From an uncultured Dehalococcoidales bacterium (GTDB taxonomy: Bacteria; Chloroflexota; Dehalococcoidia; Lucifugimonadales; Lucifugimonadaceae), in NCBI GenBank assembly GCA_964620935.1, contig CAZUHW010000004.1:14362-78361 (forward strand): a DNA stretch of 64,000 nucleotides. Reading direction: 5' to 3'. The notes under the pieces are model-generated. The model was not told the DNA's origin, made no database searches, and saw only the letters and a program-made list of their open reading frames with translations. Numbering within the stretch: position 1 is the stretch's first letter; each line of letters opens with the position of its first letter. This document shows, one piece after another, positions 10,548 to 20,379 of the stretch. Both the position numbers and the translations under genes were made by a program.

Positions 10548-11249
10548 TTATTTTCTCATTTTTTTTCTCCAATCCTCTATTTTTTTATGATTGCCTTCTA
10601 GTAAAACTTCTGGAACGCTTAAACCTTTGAAGTTTCTTGGTTTTGTATATACTGGCTCCTTCTTTTTCCCAAAAATATTTTCTGAAAAAGTTTCATTCAA
10701 CATTGATTCAGATGAGCCCAATACATCCGGAACTTTTCTAATTAATGAATCTGCAATTACCATCGCAGGAATCTCTCCGCCACTCAAAATATAATTCCCC
10801 ACACTTATTTCTTCATCAATAATTAGTTCTTGGACTCTCTGATCTACACCTTCATATCTTCCACATAAAATATAAATGCACTTTTTTTTGCTCAATTGTT
10901 TAATTTTTTTCGAATCTAAGCTATTACCTTTTGGGCTAGTTAAAATTATGTAAGGCTTTTCTTTGTGTGTATTTTTTAAAAATTCAACTGCATCATAAAA
11001 CGGTTCTGGTCTCATGACCATTCCAGGCCCGCCTCCATATTGAGTATCATCAACGCTCATATGTTTGCCAATTCCAAATTTTCTTAAATCTTGAACACTA
11101 AAAGAAACTTTATTAGCCTGAATAGCTTTCCCAACAACCCCAATATTTGAAAAGGAATCAAACAAATCAGGGAAAATAGTTATTATTCTTAAAATATTTA
11201 ACAAATTAAGCACCTCGCCTATCTTATTTATGATGAATTTTATCAACAT
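10548..11249 (-). CDS. trmD: tRNA (guanine37-N1)-methyltransferase TrmD
   Basis: Motifs ITIFPDLF, YGGGPGMVM and GRYEGVDQRV. The true start is probably internal (GTG 11213 or TTG 11204, after a GCGAGG Shine-Dalgarno-like site). Confidence 0.85.
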   Translation of the reverse strand: MLIKFIINKIGEVLNLLNILRIITIFPDLFDSFSNIGVVGKAIQANKVSFSVQDLRKFGIGKHMSVDDTQYGGGPGMVMRPEPFYDAVEFLKNTHKEKPYIILTSPKGNSLDSKKIKQLSKKKCIYILCGRYEGVDQRVQELIIDEEISVGNYILSGGEIPAMVIADSLIRKVPDVLGSSESMLNETFSENIFGKKKEPVYTKPRNFKGLSVPEVLLEGNHKKIEDWRKKMRK

Positions 11250-11354
11250 AACTTAACAATTTCAGATTTAACCAAAATTTGTTCTAAAAATTATAGAAAT
11301 TTTAGAGTTAAATTTGTTAGAAATTAATCAAAGAGTTTTAAATTTGAAATTAAG

Positions 11355-12296
11355 TTGCACAAAATGATGAATATTAAAAGATATCACTATCCAGTAATGG
11401 TTACTGAAGTTGTAGAGAATCTTAATGTTGCTCAAGGGGGAAGATATATAGATGGAACTTTAGGAGAGGGAGGACATACTGAAGCAATACTAGAAATATC
11501 TCAACCAGGAGGCCAAGTATTGGGAATAGATGCTGATCATGAAGCTATAATAATTTCAAAAAAAAGACTTGCTAGGTTTTCTGACTGTTCTTTTTTTTCA
11601 AATTCAAAATTTTCTGAAATGAAAGATATAGCCTCTGAAATTAATTTTATACCTGTTCATGGAATTTTATTAGATCTAGGCATATCTTCACTTCAACTCG
11701 ATTTTGAAGATAGAGGATTTAGTTTTTCGAGAAACAGTAAATTAGATATGAGATTTAGCTTAGATTCTGAGTTAAACGCTAGTAAAATTGTAAATGATTA
11801 TTCAGAAAAATCTCTATCAGATTTAATTTATAAATATAGCGAAGATCCAAATTCTAGAAGAATTGCAGCAGCTATTTGTAAGAATAGGCCTATTTTTTCA
11901 TCTACTGAACTATCTAATATAATTGAGTCGGCTAATCTAAAAGTCAGAAGAAAACACCATCCAGCAACTTTAACTTTCCAAGCATTAAGAATTGCAGTCA
12001 ATGGTGAAATTAAAGAATTAGAAAATACTCTTGCTGACTCTTTAAGTTTGCTTGGAATAGGCGGAAGACTAGCTGTTATAACTTACCATTCATTAGAAGA
12101 CAGGATTGTCAAAAATTTTATAAAAAAGGGCACATCTGAATGCAATTGTCCTCCATTGAATTTAGAATGCACTTGCTCTGCTGAACCATATATAAAAATT
12201 ATAAACAAAAAACCTATAACCCCCTCAAACATTGAAATAACTTCTAATCCAAGAAGCAGAAGTGCAAAAATGAGAGTAATAGAAAGGATAATATAA
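11355..12296 (+). CDS. rsmH: 16S rRNA (cytosine1402-N4)-methyltransferase RsmH
   Basis: Motifs HYPVMVTEVVENL, DGTLGEGGHTEAIL and SNPRSRSAKMRV. The start is ambiguous (TTG 11355, ATG 11364 or 11367). Confidence 0.9.
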   Translation: MHKMMNIKRYHYPVMVTEVVENLNVAQGGRYIDGTLGEGGHTEAILEISQPGGQVLGIDADHEAIIISKKRLARFSDCSFFSNSKFSEMKDIASEINFIPVHGILLDLGISSLQLDFEDRGFSFSRNSKLDMRFSLDSELNASKIVNDYSEKSLSDLIYKYSEDPNSRRIAAAICKNRPIFSSTELSNIIESANLKVRRKHHPATLTFQALRIAVNGEIKELENTLADSLSLLGIGGRLAVITYHSLEDRIVKNFIKKGTSECNCPPLNLECTCSAEPYIKIINKKPITPSNIEITSNPRSRSAKMRVIERII

Positions 12297-13505
12297 ATGA
12301 AAAATAATAGATTAATAATGAATTTATCATCTGAAGAAGCAGAAATAGCAGTATTATCAAAAAATCAGCAAGTTGAAAGTTTAAATTTAATGGTTTCTGG
12401 AATTTCAAAGGGCAGTATTGTTGATAACGATTCTTTTATAGACTCATTTCAAGATCCTAAATTTCTAAGAATAATCAATACCTATAATTTTGAAGATATT
12501 ATAGTAGGCATATCTCCATCAAAAATATCAACAATGACCCAAAAAAATACTATCTTTGATTCACAAGAAGTAAAAGCTATAAACGAAGAAGATATATCAA
12601 CAATTCAGCATGAATTAAGCCAAATTAAAGATGAAATGACACTAATTCATAGTTATACTCTTGGGTTTATTTTGGATGGGAAAGATATAGTTTCTAATCC
12701 TTTAGGGATGCACGCTAGAAAATTTGAAACTTACAAATTAAAAGTATTTATTGAATCTAATATTTCTAAGTCTTTGAAAAGTCTTTTAGATAACATCGGA
12801 TTTAATTGCCCATTAAGCATAGTTTCAAATACGTTAGCAAAATCATTAATTTTGGTTGACGAAGATAATAAGGATTTTGGTTGTTATTACATAAATGTTG
12901 GAAAAGATGTTACTGAATTATCAATTATTCATAAGGATAAGGTTGTGTATATGGATGCGATACCAGTGGGGCAACAAAATTTTATAAATGATATCGCCTT
13001 AACATTAAACATAAATAAAAAAGATTCAAAAATATTAGTTGATAAATTTGGCACAATTACACCTGAATTAATCAAAGACAAAGAAACAATAAACATCACA
13101 ACTAAAACAGGGCAAGAAGAAAGAATCTCTAATAAAAAAATTGGGGCTATTATGCGAGAGCGAGCTCATGAATTGCTTAACATAGCCAAAAAATATTTTG
13201 AGGAAAATACCAATAATAAATTATCTATAAATAGATTGGTTATTTCTGGTTCTGGAGCTAACTATGAAGGTTTTGAGTCACTATCCAAGTATATTTTTCA
13301 ATTCTTTGTTTATAAGAAAGATAAAGAAAATTTAGTATCAGATGACATTTTTTGCTTAAGTAATTTTGATAAAAAATTTAGGGATCTTAGACTAAATATT
13401 GAACAATTATCTAAGAAAAAGTTTATTGAAAAAGAAATTGAAAGAAATACAAATGCAATGAAAGACAAAATAAAGAAAATTTTTAATTTAAGCTTAGGGG
13501 GTTAA
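12297..13505 (+). CDS. ftsA: cell division protein FtsA-like (divergent actin-fold)
   Basis: Located immediately upstream of ftsZ. FtsA-like blocks SGISKGSIVD and YYINVGKDVTELSII...IPVGQQNFINDIA. The first phosphate-binding motif is degenerate (MNLSS instead of DIGT). Confidence 0.65.
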   Translation: MKNNRLIMNLSSEEAEIAVLSKNQQVESLNLMVSGISKGSIVDNDSFIDSFQDPKFLRIINTYNFEDIIVGISPSKISTMTQKNTIFDSQEVKAINEEDISTIQHELSQIKDEMTLIHSYTLGFILDGKDIVSNPLGMHARKFETYKLKVFIESNISKSLKSLLDNIGFNCPLSIVSNTLAKSLILVDEDNKDFGCYYINVGKDVTELSIIHKDKVVYMDAIPVGQQNFINDIALTLNINKKDSKILVDKFGTITPELIKDKETINITTKTGQEERISNKKIGAIMRERAHELLNIAKKYFEENTNNKLSINRLVISGSGANYEGFESLSKYIFQFFVYKKDKENLVSDDIFCLSNFDKKFRDLRLNIEQLSKKKFIEKEIERNTNAMKDKIKKIFNLSLGG

Positions 13506-14585
13506 ATGACAATGACAGAAGATAATAAAAATATTGAAAGAACTACAGCTACCATAAAGGTGTTAGGTGTTGGAGGTGGTGGTTCGAATGCTGTAAAAAG
13601 GATGTATCGAAATAAAATTGAGCAAGTTGAATACATGATATTCAATACAGACGCACAAGCTTTAGAAACAAGTGATATGGGAGTAGCTGTAAAAATCGGT
13701 GAAAAAACCGCTAGAGGACTAGGTGTTGGAGGAGATCCTTCAAAAGGTCGAGAATGCGCTGAAGAAAGCAGAGGTATGGTTAGAGAATTAATCGATGATA
13801 CAGATCTTGTTTTTGTTGCTGCTGGAATGGGTGGTGGAACTGGAACTGGAGCAGCTCCTGTAATTGCTGAAATAGCTAGAGAGTCTGGTGCATTAACTGT
13901 TGGGGTTGTCACTAAGCCATTTGGGTTCGAGGGAATAAATAGGCAAAAGCAAGCACTAGAAGGTATTAATACACTTCGAAATTATTGTGATACTTTAGTT
14001 GTTATACCAAATGATAGATTAATGCTTATAGCTGATGATGACCTAACTATGGATGCAGGCTTTAAGCTTGCTGATGATGTATTAAGGCAGGGAGTTCAAT
14101 CAATTGCAGAAGTTGTAGTTAATCCTGGAGAAATCAACTTAGATTTTGCTGATGTAAAAACAATAATGAAAAATGCTGGGGCTGCTTGGATGGGTATTGG
14201 AGAATCTAAAGGAGAAAATAGAGCTGTTGAGGCAGCAAAAGAAGCTATTCAAAGTCCACTTTTAGAGACATCAATAGAAGGTTCAAGAGGTGTAATTTTT
14301 AATATAACTGGGCCTGAAAATGAAAATCAGTTAACCATGAAAGAAATAGAGGATGCTTCAGGATTAATATCTAAAGAAGCGCACCCAGAAGCAAAAATAA
14401 TTTTTGGTACAGCATTTGATTCGGCACTAACGGATGAAGTGAAAGTTACAGTAATAGCAACGGGATTCCCAGAGTCAGAATTTATGTATAATGAGTCTGC
14501 AAGATTTGAAGAAAATATTACTTCAACTAAGCCAGAACAATTAGATTTAGATTTACCTCCATTCCTTAGAAATTCAGCTCAATAA
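13506..14585 (+). CDS. ftsZ: cell division GTPase FtsZ
   Basis: IKVLGVGGGGSNAV, the tubulin signature GMGGGTGTGAAPVIA, and NLDFADV. A GGGGG Shine-Dalgarno site lies upstream. Confidence 0.95.
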   Translation: MTMTEDNKNIERTTATIKVLGVGGGGSNAVKRMYRNKIEQVEYMIFNTDAQALETSDMGVAVKIGEKTARGLGVGGDPSKGRECAEESRGMVRELIDDTDLVFVAAGMGGGTGTGAAPVIAEIARESGALTVGVVTKPFGFEGINRQKQALEGINTLRNYCDTLVVIPNDRLMLIADDDLTMDAGFKLADDVLRQGVQSIAEVVVNPGEINLDFADVKTIMKNAGAAWMGIGESKGENRAVEAAKEAIQSPLLETSIEGSRGVIFNITGPENENQLTMKEIEDASGLISKEAHPEAKIIFGTAFDSALTDEVKVTVIATGFPESEFMYNESARFEENITSTKPEQLDLDLPPFLRNSAQ

Positions 14586-14600
14586 TTAGTTAATTAGGTA

Positions 14601-14629
14601 TTGAAAATACACTATAATTGGTGTATATT
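14601..14629 (+). promoter_or_regulatory. candidate sigma-70-type promoter of nrdR-nrdJ (TTGAAA-17-TATATT)
   Basis: TTGAAA at 14601-14606, a 17-bp spacer, and TATATT at 14624-14629, about 50 nt upstream of the nrdR ATG. Confidence 0.5.
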
Positions 14630-14655
14630 CTGTTTTTACACACTATATTTAGTGT
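14609..14655 (+). promoter_or_regulatory. two NrdR boxes
   Basis: ACACTATAATTGGTGT (14609-14624) and ACACTATATTTAGTGT (14640-14655) both fit the 16-bp NrdR palindrome acaCwAtATaTwGtgt. The starts are 31 bp apart (three helical turns). Box 1 lies in the promoter spacer and box 2 lies around or after the predicted transcription start. Confidence 0.75.
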
Positions 14656-14679
14656 TTTATCAAAATTGACAAAATTAAT

Positions 14680-15126
14680 ATGAATTGCCCTTCTTGTAGT
14701 TTAAAAAATACAAAAGTTATTGAATCTAGAGAATCTTCTGACTCTATTAGAAGAAGAAGAGAGTGCCTTGATTGCTCTAAAAGATTTACAACTTATGAAA
14801 AAATTCAAATTTCTTCAATAATTGTAATAAAAAATGACTACACAAAAGAGTCTTTTTCACTTGATAAACTTGAAAAAAGCATCACGATAGCTTGTACAAA
14901 AAGGCCAGTAGACAATGAAGATATTAATAAATTGATTTTGGAAGTTGAAAAAGAAGTCAATTCTCTGAACCAACCAACAATAGAGAGTAAAAAAATCGGG
15001 GAAATAGTTATAAATAAACTACGTACTCTTGACGATGTCGCATATATTAGATTCGCATCAGTATACAAAGATTTTAAAGACTTAAGTAATTTTGAGAATG
15101 AACTAAATCAATTGTTAAAAAAGTAA
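14680..15126 (+). CDS. nrdR: transcriptional repressor NrdR
   Basis: N-terminal zinc ribbon MNCPSCS...ECLDCSKRFTTYE followed by an ATP-cone; 148 aa. Confidence 0.9.
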   Translation: MNCPSCSLKNTKVIESRESSDSIRRRRECLDCSKRFTTYEKIQISSIIVIKNDYTKESFSLDKLEKSITIACTKRPVDNEDINKLILEVEKEVNSLNQPTIESKKIGEIVINKLRTLDDVAYIRFASVYKDFKDLSNFENELNQLLKK

Positions 15127-15153
15127 GTATCTTAGAAAAGAAAGGAAATAATA

Positions 15154-17535
15154 GTGAATCAAGAAGATATAAGCAAAGCACAATCATCATTGGACTTAGA
15201 ACAAGAACAGGGGTCAGGTGATTTTTTTTCACAAACAGAACAATCTAGTATTGAAGAGAATTTTAAGCCAGCTGAGATTAGCGAGAATGCAAAAGTTGTA
15301 CTAGAGCATAGATATCTACTTAAGAATGACAATGGGGACGTAAATGAAGATCCTGATGGACTTTTTAGGAGAGTGGCTAGTGCCTTAGCTAAGCCAGATA
15401 AGGCTTATGGAGCTTCCACTGAAGAAATCAAGGAAACTACCGAAGAGTTTTATCAAATGCTATCTAGTTTAGAATTTTTAGCAAATTCACCTACATTAAT
15501 GAATGCAGGGACAAAAGCAGGGACATTATCAGCCTGCTTCGTATTGCCGCTTGAAGATAGCATGGAAGGAATAATGAAAACTGCACATGATGCAGCAATG
15601 GTTCAGAAATATGGTGGTGGAACAGGATTTGCGTTATCAGAATTGAGACCTAAAGGATCCACTATTAAAACTACCCATGGAAAGGCTTGCGGGCCAATAG
15701 CTGCCCTCAAACTGCTTTCTTCAGTATCTACCCTTGTTACTCAGGGCGGAAAGAGAGATGGCGCAAACATGGCGGTTATGAATGTTCATCACCCTGACAT
15801 CGAAGAATTTATTGATTGTAAAACTCAAGAAGGAGAAATCCATAACTTCAATATATCTGTTGGAGCAACTGATGAATTCATGAAAGCTGTAAAAGAAAAG
15901 AAAGATTACAATTTAATTGACCCAAAAACTAAAGAGGTGATTGGCACAAAAGATGCGTATAAACTTTTCAGAAAAATTGTTAAAGGCGCATGGAAAAATG
16001 GTGAGCCTGGAATGATATTTTTAGACGAAGTTAACAGAAGAAGCCCTGTTAATCATTTGGGGGAAATGACAGCTACTAACCCATGCGGAGAACAACCTTT
16101 ACTTCCTAATGAATCATGCAATTTAGGTTCTATAGATTTAGCTAAATTTGTCACTGAAGATGCAACTGATATTCATTGGGATAAGCTAAAGAAATCAACA
16201 AGAACCGCTGTGCATTTCTTGGATAACACAATAGACGCCAATAAATATGCCATTCCCGAGATAAAAAAAGCTAATAAATTAAGCAGAAAGATTGGTTTAG
16301 GTGTTATGGGATTTGCAGACATGCTTATAAAAATGAAAATGAGTTATGATTCTGAAGAAGCAGTTGATATAGGAAGAAAAGTAATGAAATTCATCCAAAC
16401 AGAAGCTGATATTAAATCAGAAGAACTTGCAGAAAAAAGAGGTCCTTTTGAAGGCTGGGAAGGAAGCAGGCCTCAAATAAATGGTGACAAACCAATTAGA
16501 AATGCCTGCAGATTAACTGTTGCACCTACAGGAACTATATCTATGATTGCCGGGTGTTCATCTGGAATAGAGCCTGTATTCTCACTAGCTTACAGAAAGC
16601 AAAATATTCTAGAAGGAAAAACTTTATATTACGTAGATAAAAATTTAGAAAAAGTAGCAAAAGAAAAAGGTTTTTATAGCGAAGATTTGCTCGAGCACCT
16701 TTCTAATGGAGGCTCCCTTCAGGACCGAGAAGATGTGCCCTCTGATGTAAAAATGGTGTTCAGGACTGCTCCAGATATAAGCCCAGAATACCATGTCAGG
16801 ATGCAGGCAGCTTTCCAAGAAAGTGTTGACGCGGGTATATCAAAAACAATAAATTTTCCTAACGAAGCTTCAGAAGATGATGTTACAACTACATACATGC
16901 TAGCTTGGGAGCTAAAATGTAAAGGGATAACAGTATACAGATCTGGAAGCAGGGAAAAAGAAGTTTTAGCCAGTGGAACCACAGAGAATGAAACAGAAAG
17001 TTCTGTTGACTCTAATATAGGATTTGTCTCTGCTACAGAAAGACCTTCAGAATTATTTGGAGTTACAAGAAGAGTATATACAGGTAGAGGAAATTTATAT
17101 GTAACTGTAAATATGTCAGAAGATGGGAAACCTTTTGAAATATTTGCTGCTCTTGGAAAAGCAGGCGGGAATGACTCAGCAATGGCTGAAGCAGTTTCTA
17201 GAATGGTTTCTTTAACACTAAGATCGGGAATAGATCCTAAAGCATCAATTGAGCAACTAAAGGGGATAACAGATGTTCCAGCATGGAATGAAGGGGAACT
17301 AATTAGATCTGTGCCTGATGCAATAGCAAATGTTCTAGAAAAAATATATGAACCAAAAAAAGAACCTTCTCCTTTATCAATTAACGAATTAAATGACGAC
17401 ACATTAATGTCAGGAAATAAAGATAGTGACTTTACCAACGTATTACAAAGCGAAACTTGCCCTGAATGTGAGTCTAATTTGGCATTCGAAGAAGGTTGCC
17501 AAAAATGCTATTCATGCGGGTACAGTAAATGTTAG
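15154..17535 (+). CDS. nrdJ: adenosylcobalamin-dependent (class II) ribonucleotide reductase NrdJ
   Basis: GTG start with an AGGAAA Shine-Dalgarno-like site. Active-site block TNPCGEQPLLPNESCNLGSIDL. No adjacent nrdB. Cys-rich C-terminal tail CPEC...CQKCYSCGYSKC. Confidence 0.85.
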   Translation: MNQEDISKAQSSLDLEQEQGSGDFFSQTEQSSIEENFKPAEISENAKVVLEHRYLLKNDNGDVNEDPDGLFRRVASALAKPDKAYGASTEEIKETTEEFYQMLSSLEFLANSPTLMNAGTKAGTLSACFVLPLEDSMEGIMKTAHDAAMVQKYGGGTGFALSELRPKGSTIKTTHGKACGPIAALKLLSSVSTLVTQGGKRDGANMAVMNVHHPDIEEFIDCKTQEGEIHNFNISVGATDEFMKAVKEKKDYNLIDPKTKEVIGTKDAYKLFRKIVKGAWKNGEPGMIFLDEVNRRSPVNHLGEMTATNPCGEQPLLPNESCNLGSIDLAKFVTEDATDIHWDKLKKSTRTAVHFLDNTIDANKYAIPEIKKANKLSRKIGLGVMGFADMLIKMKMSYDSEEAVDIGRKVMKFIQTEADIKSEELAEKRGPFEGWEGSRPQINGDKPIRNACRLTVAPTGTISMIAGCSSGIEPVFSLAYRKQNILEGKTLYYVDKNLEKVAKEKGFYSEDLLEHLSNGGSLQDREDVPSDVKMVFRTAPDISPEYHVRMQAAFQESVDAGISKTINFPNEASEDDVTTTYMLAWELKCKGITVYRSGSREKEVLASGTTENETESSVDSNIGFVSATERPSELFGVTRRVYTGRGNLYVTVNMSEDGKPFEIFAALGKAGGNDSAMAEAVSRMVSLTLRSGIDPKASIEQLKGITDVPAWNEGELIRSVPDAIANVLEKIYEPKKEPSPLSINELNDDTLMSGNKDSDFTNVLQSETCPECESNLAFEEGCQKCYSCGYSKC

Positions 17536-17557
17536 CAAATAAATACAAAGTTTAGTT

Positions 17558-18370
17558 GTGAAAATTCTTCTGATAGGCGGAGGAAGTATGGGTGAAGCCT
17601 TTGCTTCCAGCATTATTAAATCTAGTAATAACGATGTATATGTAGCAGAACCAGATAAAGATCGCAAACAATATTTAAATACAAAACTTAATATTAATAT
17701 CTCAAAAGAAGAGGATGTTTACGATCAAATTACTGAATTGCTCCCAATATCAGAGATAGTAATATTATGTATAAAACCTCAACTTTTTAACGAAGTATCC
17801 AGAAAATTAAAAGGTTCTATTGATTCAAAAAAAATAGTAATTTCAATTTTAGCAGGAACAAGGCTTGATAAAATATGTGATTACCTAAAAATTGATAATG
17901 CTATAAGAGTTATGCCAAATACTCCGAGTCAAATTGGGAAGGGTATATCAATGTGGAAATCAAGAAAGCCATTATTAGAAGAGGAAGAGGAAGAAGTAAC
18001 AAAAATCCTGGAATGCTTAGGAGTTTCTATTAAAACTGATAAGGAATCTGATATAGATAAAGCAACTGCAATAAGCGGTAGTGGCCCAGGATATTTATTT
18101 TTAATTATGGAAATAATTGAAAATATTGGAATTGAGTTAGGGCTTAGTGAGGAAGTAACCAAAAAATTAGTTATTGAGACTTTTGTTGGAAGTAGCATTC
18201 TTGCTAAAGAAAAAGGTAAAAGCTTTAAAGAGTTAAGAGAAGAAGTTACTTCTCCAAACGGAACTACAGATTCTGGGATAAAAGAAATGATAAAAAATAA
18301 ATTAGATGATTCAATTAAATTAGGAATTATAAAGGCTCATGAAAGATCTAGGGAAATAAGCAATGATTAG
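17558..18370 (+). CDS. proC: pyrroline-5-carboxylate reductase
   Basis: Rossmann motif ILLIGGGSMG; MPNTPSQIGKG; TSPNGTT. Confidence 0.85.
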   Translation: MKILLIGGGSMGEAFASSIIKSSNNDVYVAEPDKDRKQYLNTKLNINISKEEDVYDQITELLPISEIVILCIKPQLFNEVSRKLKGSIDSKKIVISILAGTRLDKICDYLKIDNAIRVMPNTPSQIGKGISMWKSRKPLLEEEEEEVTKILECLGVSIKTDKESDIDKATAISGSGPGYLFLIMEIIENIGIELGLSEEVTKKLVIETFVGSSILAKEKGKSFKELREEVTSPNGTTDSGIKEMIKNKLDDSIKLGIIKAHERSREISND

Positions 18371-18599
18371 TTCTTTTTTAATTTATATTTTAGAGATAAT
18401 GTCGTGGGGGATAGTTGCACGTGCGCTTTCTTCATGGATTCCAGATGCAGGAAAATATACTGCTGTTCAAATATTATTTAAATTAACCGATCCTCTCATA
18501 AAACCAATTCAGAAAGTGCTTCCTACTCCTGGAATGATAGATTTTAGCCCCTTGGTAAGCATAATACTTATACAAATAATGATACGAATTATTCAATAG
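18363..18599 (+). CDS. yggT: YggT family membrane protein
   Basis: 78 aa with 2 TM segments. ARALSSWIP...LTDPLIKPIQKVLP matches the YggT pattern, and proC-yggT linkage is common. Confidence 0.7.
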   Translation: MISSFLIYILEIMSWGIVARALSSWIPDAGKYTAVQILFKLTDPLIKPIQKVLPTPGMIDFSPLVSIILIQIMIRIIQ

Positions 18600-19390
18600 T
18601 GAAATGTTACTTCCTCGGAGGTTAACTCTAAGCGATCCCCCCCTTCTGTCTCAACTACTAATAGACCCTCGCCATTTATTCCAATAGGCTTGCAGTAAAT
18701 ACTACCTGAAGATCCTAAACTGCTAATATTAATATTTGTTTTTGGAATTAATATATTCTCTTTCCAGTAATTAAAAATATTAAGATAATCTGATTTCAAG
18801 CTATCTGATAATGACATAATTAACTTACAAAATACATGATAAATATCAAAAATTAATCCGCTCTCAATTTTCAAACTAGTTGCATTAAAATCAGAATTTT
18901 TATAATCAGATGATTCTGTATTAATGTTTATACCTATACCTAAATTAACAATCGAATATTTTTGGCTGGAAAATGTTTTAATAATAATACCGCTTATTTT
19001 TTTTTCTTTTACTAAAATATCATTTGGCCACTTTATTGATATATTTTCCTTATCTTTTAAAAAAAATTTAATTGCATTAAGAACAGATACAGTAGAAATT
19101 ATCGGAATTCTATTTAAATTTTGAGAATCTATTTCTACAGGCAAGGACAATAGTAAATTTTTTCCAATTGGAGATTCCCATTGCCTCCCAAATCTGCCTT
19201 GACCTTTATCTTGGTGATTGGCAACTATTATTTTATTAAAAATATTTTTTTTAATATTTTCATCAACAATAGTCATAGTTGAAGGAACATTATCAAGCCA
19301 CTCGATATCATATTTATTAAAATAATTAGATTCAAATTTCCCTGAAACAGATTCGTATTTTTTTGTTAATTCATCTAGTTCGATTTTCAT
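18593..19390 (-). CDS. birA: biotin--[acetyl-CoA-carboxylase] ligase (no HTH domain)
   Basis: GQGRFGRQWESPIGKNL (the GRGRxGRxW motif) and KWPNDI. At 265 aa it lacks an N-terminal repressor domain. Confidence 0.75.
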   Translation of the reverse strand: MKIELDELTKKYESVSGKFESNYFNKYDIEWLDNVPSTMTIVDENIKKNIFNKIIVANHQDKGQGRFGRQWESPIGKNLLLSLPVEIDSQNLNRIPIISTVSVLNAIKFFLKDKENISIKWPNDILVKEKKISGIIIKTFSSQKYSIVNLGIGININTESSDYKNSDFNATSLKIESGLIFDIYHVFCKLIMSLSDSLKSDYLNIFNYWKENILIPKTNINISSLGSSGSIYCKPIGINGEGLLVVETEGGDRLELTSEEVTFHY

Positions 19391-19445
19391 ATTGACATTA
19401 AGACTACATGTTTTATATTAATTAATGTAAATAAATGGAGTATTA

Positions 19446-20378
19446 GTGAACTATAGAGAATATACTAAGGCTAGAAGGCAGCGAGAGAAATTAGCTATCC
19501 TGACATTAAGATCTATTAGTCTAATATCTGTAATAACAACAATTGCAATACTCTTTTTTCTTTTTTTTGAAACATTCAATTTCTTTACAACCGAGATGGA
19601 TGATGGAGGGTTTGTGAAGCCTTGGGATTTCTTGTTTGGAACAAAGTGGACCCCTATGTTTAAACCTCAAAGTTTTGGAATTCTTCCTTTAGTAGCAGGA
19701 ACTTTATTAGTTACAATTATTGCTGTTTCAGTGGCTATACTGCTTGGGCTGTCTACTGCTATATTTCTATCAGAATATGCACCAGAAAATCTAAGAAGAG
19801 TGATAAAACCAATACTTGAGATCTTAGCAGGTATACCTACTGTAGTTTATGGCTATTTTGCTTTGACTTTTATTACTCCTATATTAATAGATCTGTCTGG
19901 TGTATTTGGACTCAACATGATTATATTCAATGCATTAAGCGCAGGTCTAGTTATGGGCATAATGATTACTCCTATGGTGTCTACAATTAGTGAAGATGCA
20001 CTAATATCTGTACCGCAGCATCTAAGAGATGCCTCCTATGCAATGGGAGCAAAAAAATTCCAGACAGCATTCAGGGTAGTTGTGCCCGCTGCCTTATCAG
20101 GGATTGCAGCATCGCTTGTTTTAGGAATATCTAGAGCTATAGGGGAAACCATGATAGTAACTATAGCTGCAGGCTCTACTCCAAATTTTACACTCAACCC
20201 TCTAGAATCAATTCAAGCAATGACAGCATTTATTGTTCAAATAAGTTTAGGTGAAGCTCCTCATGGCTCTCTAGAATACACCACAATATTTGCGGTGGGG
20301 CTAGTGCTATTTATCATGACATTATCATTAAACATATTTGGGAAATGGCTGGTAGGCAGATATTCAGAAAATTATTAA
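19446..20378 (+). CDS. pstC: phosphate ABC transporter permease PstC
   Basis: GTG start after GGAG. Six-TM permease with the EAA-type loop [25 protein letters not shown]. Confidence 0.85.
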   Translation: MNYREYTKARRQREKLAILTLRSISLISVITTIAILFFLFFETFNFFTTEMDDGGFVKPWDFLFGTKWTPMFKPQSFGILPLVAGTLLVTIIAVSVAILLGLSTAIFLSEYAPENLRRVIKPILEILAGIPTVVYGYFALTFITPILIDLSGVFGLNMIIFNALSAGLVMGIMITPMVSTISEDALISVPQHLRDASYAMGAKKFQTAFRVVVPAALSGIAASLVLGISRAIGETMIVTIAAGSTPNFTLNPLESIQAMTAFIVQISLGEAPHGSLEYTTIFAVGLVLFIMTLSLNIFGKWLVGRYSENY

Positions 20379-20379
20379 T

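Noticed and set aside
13502-13912. 136-aa minus-strand ORF overlapping the 5' part of ftsZ
   Set aside because: It is an antisense shadow of the Gly-rich, G+C-richer ftsZ region (Pro/Thr-rich translation). The ftsZ call is unambiguous.
16719-17438. 239-aa minus-strand ORF inside nrdJ
   Set aside because: It is long for an AT-rich genome but lies entirely antisense to a strongly supported gene. It has a Ser/Pro/Phe-rich composition, no recognisable motif and no Shine-Dalgarno site.
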